32,000 nucleotides of DNA, taken from sequence record OQ079156.1. One strand, written 5' to 3'. The stretch comes from Vibrio phage Rocket24. Position numbers and translations under genes: made by a program. Each line of letters starts with the position of its first letter. The first letter of the stretch is position 1. Under the pieces are notes generated by a model, which was given only the letters and a program-made list of their open reading frames with translations, did not search any database and was not told where the DNA came from. Shown piece after piece: positions 1 to 5,241 of this stretch.

Positions 1-102
1 CTTCTATCCATCTAGCCATCTATCCATATAGACTTCTATCCATCTAGACTTCTAGACTTCTATCAATCTAGACTTCTAGCCATCCAGACTTCTAGCCATC
101 TG
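1..102. repeat. Degenerate ~16-bp tandem repeats, unit CTTCTATCCATCTAGA, with one 8-bp half unit; continues off the left edge
   Basis: Units at 33-48 (CTTCTATCCATCTAGA), 49-56 (CTTCTAGA), 57-72 (CTTCTATCAATCTAGA), 73-88 (CTTCTAGCCATCCAGA), 89-102 (CTTCTAGCCATCTG), with a further copy at 1-15. Confidence 0.9.
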
Positions 103-201
103 TACAGCATACTGCAAACCTTTACAGTACACCATTCTGTATAAAATTTTACCTTATGCCGTCCCGTATAAAATATGGCACGATTCTTGCTTATTAAAAA
201 G

Positions 202-272
202 TTATCCACAACTGTATATTTATACATCGCTCTAAAACGCTCTATACAGAGTTATCCACAACCTTATCCACC
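202..272 (+). promoter_or_regulatory. DnaA-box cluster (left)
   Basis: Perfect TTATCCACA at 202-210 and 252-260, and TTATCCACC at 264-272. Confidence 0.75.
211..249 (+). repeat. ~38-bp element, left copy of a long-range inverted pair (partner 3763-3800)
   Basis: ACTGTATATTTATACATCGCTCTAAAACGCTCTATACAG. Its reverse complement closely matches 3763-3800, sharing GAGCGTTTTAGAGC and ATGTATAnnTATACAGT. Confidence 0.85.
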
Positions 273-279
273 GCAAAAC

Positions 280-299
280 TACTGTATATTTATACAGTG
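280..299. promoter_or_regulatory. LexA/SOS-box-like palindrome
   Basis: TACTGTATATTTATACAGTG: CTGT at 282-285, N8, ACAG at 294-297; 8-bp perfect arms around a TT centre. Confidence 0.65.
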
Positions 300-496
300 C
301 TTATGTCGCAGCATATTATTTCGAATACCGTTTCTAGCGCCTCCTAGCCTCACCACGACGTTTTAAGCCTTTTAGGGTACTATGACGCCTACCCTATCCT
401 ACACGCCCATAGCGCCATGTAACACTAGCACGACTTTTACGTGCTGCCGGAGCGGCGCGGTTTTACAGGATGGTGTACGGTAAACGGGTAAACAAA

Positions 497-516
497 ACGG
501 CGTACCGTGACGCCGT
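497..516 (-). terminator. Rho-independent terminator of the leftward small-gene cassette
   Basis: On the minus strand: ACGGCG-TCACGGTA-CGCCGT followed by TTTTGTTT, just past the stop of the 532-729 ORF. Confidence 0.65.
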
Positions 517-531
517 AACAGTTTTAATACT

Positions 532-729
532 TTACCTTTTATGGGATGCCTCGCACATTATTTTCCACCCTCTCATACTTCTAGTATGGCGAAAACGTAA
601 CATATAATATACGGCGTCAAATCTTTGCATCCATCTAGCTCTTGGGTTTTGGGCTAAAAAATGCTTTCTAATATGTTTAGCTGTATCTACTAGCATTTTA
701 AAATACGCTTCGAATATGGGTAATCTCAT
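532..729 (-). CDS. Hypothetical protein (65 aa)
   Basis: ORF follows the cassette orientation and ends just before the terminator, but has a weak RBS; it overlaps the upstream ORF end. Confidence 0.35.
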   Translation of the reverse strand: MRLPIFEAYFKMLVDTAKHIRKHFLAQNPRARWMQRFDAVYYMLRFRHTRSMRGWKIMCEASHKR

Positions 730-922
730 CGCGTTGGTAGCTCGATTTGATTCCTAGCTCATAACATAGCGCTTTGAAGAATTCAGAGTTCACGCATTTT
801 AGCGGGATATGGTCGCGCATTTCGTCATCTAGTGCATCAACGTTAGACTCCCACTCCTCTATAAACTCATCACTAGGCTCTGATAGGTCAAAAGATAGTG
901 TTGCCATTTTCGCAATTTTCAT
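698..922 (-). CDS. Hypothetical acidic protein (74 aa)
   Basis: TAATG coupling with the upstream gene and a GGTGAA-like RBS. Confidence 0.6.
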   Translation of the reverse strand: MKIAKMATLSFDLSEPSDEFIEEWESNVDALDDEMRDHIPLKCVNSEFFKALCYELGIKSSYQRDEITHIRSVF

Positions 923-1143
923 TATTTCACCGTAAAATCCTTGACAATATCTAGAAACTCTGAAATGAAAATTCCATCACATCGAATTTCGTCGTCACTA
1001 GCGTACGCCATACGAATAACAAATTTATCGTATTCTATTTGCTCGATTGACTCCACTAGCTCATTTTTATAGTACAGTGGGCTGAAACCAGATTCTTGCA
1101 AGTGTTGCAAAAATGATACTAACATTTCACTAGGTCTTAACAT
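922..1143 (-). CDS. Hypothetical protein (73 aa; start trimmed from the track's 1209)
   Basis: MLRPSEMLVSFLQ... starts at 1143 with GGAGG upstream (GGTGGAGGTTTAACCATG). The longer track start overlaps the 1146-1322 ORF. Confidence 0.65.
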   Translation of the reverse strand: MLRPSEMLVSFLQHLQESGFSPLYYKNELVESIEQIEYDKFVIRMAYASDDEIRCDGIFISEFLDIVKDFTVK

Positions 1144-1145
1144 GG

Positions 1146-1322
1146 TTAAACCTCCACCGGATAAAGTTTGTTTACTACAGCGTACGCCGTACCGTTTTCG
1201 TCTTGCCACACTTGACCAAATTCATTAGTTTCTACATGCTTCAAAATCATAGGCACAATATGACCATTATGCATAATATTGCACATCCAAGTTTGTCCTA
1301 GTGTCATAACGTGAACGCTCAT
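1146..1322 (-). CDS. Hypothetical protein (58 aa), absent from the supplied track
   Basis: MSVHVMTLGQTWMCNIMHNGHIVPMILKHVETNEFGQVWQDENGTAYAVVNKLYPVEV*. It fills the gap and ends directly before the next gene's start. Confidence 0.6.
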   Translation of the reverse strand: MSVHVMTLGQTWMCNIMHNGHIVPMILKHVETNEFGQVWQDENGTAYAVVNKLYPVEV

Positions 1323-1366
1323 TTTAAAATCACCAAAATTTTATTATAGTCCATACGTACCGTAAA

Positions 1367-1382
1367 AAACGGTTTGCCGTTT
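1367..1382 (-). terminator. Probable rho-independent terminator, leftward
   Basis: On the minus strand: AAACGG-CAAA-CCGTTT followed by further T residues (CCGTTTTTTACGG), downstream of the 1428-1658 gene. Confidence 0.5.
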
Positions 1383-1427
1383 CTAGCAGCCCATAGCAAA
1401 GCAGTTGCATAGTTATCAAATTCCATA

Positions 1428-1658
1428 CTAATAATGTGTCGGTAGGTTAAGTCTTAACAATCCATTGCGAACACCAAAACATAGGTGCTTAGATTCTACA
1501 GGTTCAAGCTCGCAAGGGTAGCACATAAAAGACTCACCGCAAAAAACATACGGGGATACTACAGAAATATAACTCCCGTCAATGGCTACAATAACACCAC
1601 ATTTGCCGTTAGTATCTTTGCAGCGACCTTTTACTTTTACAATTTGGTTAACTTTCAT
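1428..1658 (-). CDS. Hypothetical protein with KOW-like N-terminus (76 aa)
   Basis: MKVNQIVKVKGRCKDTNGKCGVIVAIDGSYISV..., with GGAG upstream of the ATG. Confidence 0.65.
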   Translation of the reverse strand: MKVNQIVKVKGRCKDTNGKCGVIVAIDGSYISVVSPYVFCGESFMCYPCELEPVESKHLCFGVRNGLLRLNLPTHY

Positions 1659-1680
1659 TTAAGGGTACTCCGTAGGGTAA

Positions 1681-1701
1681 AGGGTACGTATGCCGTACCC
1701 T
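1681..1701. other. Intergenic hairpin AGGGTACG-TATGC-CGTACCCT
   Basis: Perfect 8-bp stem with a 5-nt loop. Confidence 0.6.
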
Positions 1702-1729
1702 AAAGCCGTTAACACAATGATTACACTAA

Positions 1730-2032
1730 TCATGCCAATTCTCGAATCATATCACGTAATAAATCGGCGTCCGCATCATTGCAGTATATAAACCCGTAAC
1801 CGTTACCGCCGTCATGTGGGGCAACTTCTTTTAATACTTGAGATACAGTATGGTGTTTTGCTAGTATGCCTGTTTTTATACAGTGCAGTGTTCTTTTCCC
1901 TAGCAAGTCACCAGATTTTTGTAGTGTGATTTCTCCATCACTCCATAACTGGTACACCATACCGTTTCGTGCTGCTAGGTCGTCGTTGTTAGCAGATACA
2001 AATTTTTCTGTTAATTCTGTAATAGTAATCAT
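1730..2032 (-). CDS. Hypothetical protein (100 aa)
   Basis: GAGGT RBS, in the cassette strand and spacing. Confidence 0.7.
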   Translation of the reverse strand: MITITELTEKFVSANNDDLAARNGMVYQLWSDGEITLQKSGDLLGKRTLHCIKTGILAKHHTVSQVLKEVAPHDGGNGYGFIYCNDADADLLRDMIRELA

Positions 2033-2047
2033 CGCTAATACCTCGTA

Positions 2048-2368
2048 TTATATCCCTAGCCAGCCGTTTTCGAATCGTGCGCCCTCAAAAATAGCCCACC
2101 ATGTTAACAAGTCAGCCCTAGCGTATTGGTACAGCATACCGCCATTAGTCGCGCCATTAGCAAAAGCTATAGCATACGCTAAAACTTTAGCTTTTAACAC
2201 GTCCTCGACATCATTAAAAAGGCTGATATTTCGAGTAATTTCGAAATGGTATTCTTTGTTGCTCAAAAAGCATTGAGCCATTTCTAGACGTTTACTCATT
2301 GGAGTATCTGCGTTCAGTTGGTACGCTGTACTGATTTTTGGTTGTTCTAAAAATTGTTGGTATGACAT
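2048..2368 (-). CDS. Hypothetical protein (106 aa)
   Basis: GAGGG RBS and MSYQQFLEQPK... reading frame. Confidence 0.7.
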   Translation of the reverse strand: MSYQQFLEQPKISTAYQLNADTPMSKRLEMAQCFLSNKEYHFEITRNISLFNDVEDVLKAKVLAYAIAFANGATNGGMLYQYARADLLTWWAIFEGARFENGWLGI

Positions 2369-2399
2369 TTTGTTGCCCTCGCTTAAAGCGGTAATTATT

Positions 2400-2432
2400 G
2401 TCTAGGTCTTAATAATACCAAAACCTAGACAT
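2400..2432. other. Intergenic hairpin TGTCTAGGT...ACCTAGACA
   Basis: 9-bp perfect arms at 2400-2408 and 2424-2432. Confidence 0.5.
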
Positions 2433-2458
2433 GGTGTAAAGTGATTTAGGTCACACTT

Positions 2459-2767
2459 TTAAACAGGGTTATAATCAATTTGATCAATACCAATTTCACG
2501 CCATACCATAGACTTATCATCATAGCCCCAACCGTCTAGAAGCTCAAGCATAGCATCACGCTCACGTCTATCATGAATTCCTAATATATGCATCTCATCG
2601 TTATAGAACACTATACCATAATGAGGATGCGCCATCATAATGATAGATTCATCATTATCTAGATACCATATAGTTTCGCTAGGATCATCAACTATATTAT
2701 TTAGCGGTAGGGCGTCCAGTATAGTATCTAGACTGAGTAACAAAGTTTTTTCTTTTAGGTTAAACAT
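2459..2767 (-). CDS. Hypothetical acidic protein (102 aa; start trimmed to MFNLKEK...)
   Basis: GGAGG-TTGTTAAAA-ATG at 2767; the track start at 2788 lies inside the upstream gene. Confidence 0.65.
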   Translation of the reverse strand: MFNLKEKTLLLSLDTILDALPLNNIVDDPSETIWYLDNDESIIMMAHPHYGIVFYNDEMHILGIHDRRERDAMLELLDGWGYDDKSMVWREIGIDQIDYNPV

Positions 2768-3056
2768 TTTTAACAACCTCCGCAACAACTACTTTCACGG
2801 GTACTACTTGAGTGCTACTATCAATATAGTGGTCGTGGCGTACGTCACCATATTCCGGTAACACCATATTAGTTGTTTTGGGTACTAGTGGCACGAAAAA
2901 GATGTCGTTGTCATCTTCACTATATACACACACCGCAACTAGAACATTTTTAATATCTAGTTCATCGCCATACCTAACAAAAGCATCCCCAAATTTTAAC
3001 GTATCCGCTTGGATGCACTCATGCTCACTTTTATGATTCTCAACAGTTACAAACAT
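2760..3056 (-). CDS. Hypothetical protein (98 aa)
   Basis: RBS GGAG (ACTGGAGATGTTAAATG) and slight overlap with the next gene. Confidence 0.7.
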   Translation of the reverse strand: MFVTVENHKSEHECIQADTLKFGDAFVRYGDELDIKNVLVAVCVYSEDDNDIFFVPLVPKTTNMVLPEYGDVRHDHYIDSSTQVVPVKVVVAEVVKNV

Positions 3057-3131
3057 TTAACATCTCCAGTAAGGGTAAAAACCAACCAATAGTGCTAAAC
3101 AAAACGCTACACTGCAAACTAGTTCAAGCAT
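3057..3131 (-). CDS. Hydrophobic 24-aa peptide MLELVCSVAFCLALLVGFYPYWRC (putative membrane microprotein)
   Basis: AAGGTAGG RBS upstream of ATG 3131; the stop directly abuts the next ATG (TAAATG). Confidence 0.45.
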   Translation of the reverse strand: MLELVCSVAFCLALLVGFYPYWRC

Positions 3132-3241
3132 GTTATACCTACCTTATTAAGTAGTTTATCAAGTGTCGCAGCACTAGCAACAAATTCGCCAGTTTCAATA
3201 CTGACACACCACCAAATAACATCAAAAAACATACGGTACAT
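3119..3241 (-). CDS. Hypothetical 40-aa protein MYRMFFDVIWWCVSIETGEFVASAATLDKLLNKVGITCLN
   Basis: TAGGAGGG RBS 7 nt before ATG 3241; overlaps the next small ORF. Confidence 0.5.
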   Translation of the reverse strand: MYRMFFDVIWWCVSIETGEFVASAATLDKLLNKVGITCLN

Positions 3242-3394
3242 TGTTTCGCCCTCCTATTGGGTAGGACTTAATCATACTAAATCTAGGCCAAAAGTCTAAT
3301 AACATTTAGTTATATCCACCAGCATTCTAGTTATAAGCGCTGTAAGCCATTCTGAGAGGTTATAGCGAAAAGCCTTACTTTAATATGTCTTACC

Positions 3395-3561
3395 TGTGGA
3401 TAACCGCTCACAATGGATTCTAGAGCCTAGAAACGCCATTCTATATCTGATAAGCTGTGATTTAGTGTAGATAAGATCCGTTTTCCTGTTAGTATGTTGT
3501 GGATAACCAGTAGATATACAGTATTATTAGAACTTGCTAATGTGCATAAGTCTGTGGATAA
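3395..3561 (-). promoter_or_regulatory. DnaA-box cluster (right)
   Basis: Perfect TGTGGATAA at 3395-3403, 3498-3506 and 3553-3561; near-match TGTGCATAA at 3541-3549. Confidence 0.75.
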
Positions 3562-3762
3562 AAAGTTGGCACGAAAATTTCCTAATATATAAATCAAGAA
3601 ATATTTTGCTATATAATATAACTAGAAATTCTTTGACAAGCTCAAAAATCTATGAATCGAGCTATGCACAAAAGTGACTAAATATGCAGTTTTTTAGCTA
3701 AAAGTGCATAAACGATTTAAATGAACTCGACTACAGGGGGAGGCTAAAATTGCTGAGAATCG

Positions 3763-3800
3763 CATACAGAGCGTTTTAGAGCTATGTATATTTATACAGT
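3763..3800 (+). repeat. ~38-bp element, right copy of the long-range inverted pair; contains one-mismatch LexA-like ATGTATATTTATACAG
   Basis: CATACAGAGCGTTTTAGAGCTATGTATATTTATACAGT versus the reverse complement of 211-249. Confidence 0.85.
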
Positions 3801-3994
3801 GGTTTTCATGTTGGCATGGTTATTGCTACGCGTGCGCGTTTCTTTTATATTTTAGGCAAAAATCCCCTGATAGATAAAACCTATCAATAAGCAAAAAAGA
3901 AAAGATTTAAACGATTAGACTATAATCCTAGATTCGCTATTATATACCCATACCGCAACAACACGGCGGGACAGAAAAGCTTGAAAAGCTCTTC

Positions 3995-4044
3995 GAAAAA
4001 AGTTGAAAAAAGTTGTTGACACACTAAGCGGCTTTTGAGATACT
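3995..4044 (+). promoter_or_regulatory. Strong sigma70-type promoter with UP-like A tracts
   Basis: GAAAAAAGTT twice (3995-4014), TTGACA 4016-4021, 17-nt spacer, GATACT 4039-4044. Confidence 0.8.
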
Positions 4045-4050
4045 AACAAC

Positions 4051-4074
4051 GTCCCCAAGGGGACACGCTCTTTA
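4051..4074 (+). promoter_or_regulatory. Hairpin plus boxA-like sequence at the transcript 5' end
   Basis: GTCCCCAAGGGGAC at 4051-4064, then GCTCTTTA at 4067-4074, as in rrn boxA. Confidence 0.5.
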
Positions 4075-4164
4075 AGGCAGTAAGACGGAATGCAGTGATG
4101 CATCGAATGCCTAGACAATTTGGAAAATGCGATTTGACCCATTGCTTACTTGATTGGATTGTTT

Positions 4165-4216
4165 GAGTATTAACCGTTAGCCGATTCATAGCGAGTCGGT
4201 TAACTGAGAAATACTC
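4165..4216 (+). promoter_or_regulatory. Structured leader hairpin just upstream of the first pre-early-like gene
   Basis: Outer arms GAGTATT 4165-4171/AATACTC 4210-4216; inner arms GTTAGCCGA 4176-4184/TCGGTTAAC 4196-4204 (one G-U). Confidence 0.55.
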
Positions 4217-4249
4217 TCATTTAAACTAACCTATTAAGAGGAAAATATC

Positions 4250-4687
4250 ATGGCTAAAAAATGGACAGAAGAAATGGCAGAAAAAGCAGCAACTCTTTAC
4301 ACTGCTAAACTTGAAGCGGAAGGTAAAGACGCAGCAGCTCACACAGATTTTCTTGACACTATCGCGGTAGAAGTTGAGGCGGTATCAGGTAAAGCGGTTC
4401 GCTCAAAACTTACTGTTATGGGTGTTTACCAAAAACCGGACGCCGTTGCAAGTGTAGCTAAAACCAACACGGTACGTAAAGAACACTATGTTCGTGCTCT
4501 AGCTCATACGCTTGGTTTAGATTCTGACGATTTGGACAGCTTGAAAAACGCTAAAATGTCAGCCCTAGCCGATTTAGCTCAGGCGATTGGTATCACTGAC
4601 ATTCAAGCAGCAAGCGCAAAAGATTACAAACCGGATTTAGAAAAGGTTTGTGAAGCTTTCGAAAATGCTCGTGGTCTAGACCTATAA
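4250..4687 (+). CDS. Hypothetical early protein, possible DNA-binding (...GKAVRSKLTVMGVYQK...), 145 aa
   Basis: First gene after the strong promoter; AGAGG RBS; HTH/SANT-like 'VRSKL..MGVY' segment judged by eye. Confidence 0.85.
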   Translation: MAKKWTEEMAEKAATLYTAKLEAEGKDAAAHTDFLDTIAVEVEAVSGKAVRSKLTVMGVYQKPDAVASVAKTNTVRKEHYVRALAHTLGLDSDDLDSLKNAKMSALADLAQAIGITDIQAASAKDYKPDLEKVCEAFENARGLDL

Positions 4688-4700
4688 CCAACGCCTAAAC

Positions 4701-4726
4701 AATTAGGGGGAATTATCCCCCTAATT
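4701..4726 (+). terminator. 10-bp perfect hairpin AATTAGGGGG-AATTAT-CCCCCTAATT (partial terminator or processing hairpin)
   Basis: Direct sequence inspection; no strong U-tract follows. Confidence 0.6.
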
Positions 4727-4762
4727 TACAGTGTAAATTTAAACAAGTTTACACTGTAAATT
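4723..4762. repeat. 40-bp inverted-repeat cassette, copy 1
   Basis: AATTTACAGTGTAAA-TTTAAACAAG-TTTACACTGTAAATT, 15-bp perfect arms; identical copy at 5176-5215. Confidence 0.95.
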
Positions 4763-4785
4763 ACCCATAAATGGAGAGTAAAACA

Positions 4786-5139
4786 ATGGCTAAACTATCA
4801 ATTGCAAGCATTCTAGTTTCTGGCAGCGCTAAAGCAGAGTTACAAAACAAAGTCGCTGATTTAATCGGTGCTCGTTTCGGTTTTCGTAACAATGACAAAA
4901 TTTCTTGCCGTACATTGCAAGCGGTAATTGACCTAGCAGAATATAAGCGCCCGTTATTCGATGAGCATGAAATTGATTCATTGCGCTATGCAACTAAAGC
5001 AACAAAAGCGGTTGTTTTAGGTATGCTATGCGAAGAACTTAAAATCACTGATTTACAAGAGCGTAATAATATTATGACTATTGCGACCACTGGCAGCGAG
5101 GACAGTTTTGTTTCTCAAGTTCTAGGCATGTTCTGTTAA
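4786..5139 (+). CDS. Hypothetical early protein (117 aa; start trimmed to MAKLSIAS...)
   Basis: GGAG at 4773-4776 and ATG at 4786; the track start at 4771 overlaps the RBS. Confidence 0.8.
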   Translation: MAKLSIASILVSGSAKAELQNKVADLIGARFGFRNNDKISCRTLQAVIDLAEYKRPLFDEHEIDSLRYATKATKAVVLGMLCEELKITDLQERNNIMTIATTGSEDSFVSQVLGMFC

Positions 5140-5155
5140 TCGGGGCAAAATATTC

Positions 5156-5176
5156 TAGGGCTGTAAATCAGCCCTA
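5156..5176 (+). terminator. Hairpin TAGGGCTG-TAAAT-CAGCCCTA
   Basis: 8-bp perfect stem leading into the second 40-bp cassette. Confidence 0.55.
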
Positions 5177-5215
5177 ATTTACAGTGTAAATTTAAACAAG
5201 TTTACACTGTAAATT
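5176..5215. repeat. 40-bp inverted-repeat cassette, copy 2
   Basis: Identical to 4723-4762. Confidence 0.95.
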
Positions 5216-5241
5216 TTAACCACTAACAAGTGAGATATATC

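Noticed and set aside
175-366. 63-aa plus-strand ORF
   Set aside because: Runs through the DnaA boxes and inverted-repeat element, with no RBS and low-complexity translation.
454-466. GCGCGGTT as a T5-type nick site
   Set aside because: I could not recall the T5 nick consensus with enough certainty to support a call; it should be tested by mapping nicks.
1485-2861. Plus-strand ORFs 1485-1703, 1866-2276 and 2640-2861
   Set aside because: Antisense to the better-supported minus-strand cassette, without RBS evidence.
3633-3660. Plus-strand promoter starting at TTGACA 3633-3638
   Set aside because: No acceptable -10 hexamer at 16-18 nt spacing.
202-3800. CRISPR array or transposon interpretation of the repeats
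   Set aside because: No regular spacer-repeat spacing, no cas genes, no transposase, and no target-site duplication seen.
4076-4125. Possible rRNA fragment (GAATGCCTAGAC resembles the 23S 5' region GGATGCCTAGGC)
   Set aside because: Similarity covers only about 11 nt; no longer rRNA match follows.
3915-4142. Minus-strand 75-aa ORF
   Set aside because: Overlaps the strong rightward promoter and structured leader; no supporting RBS.
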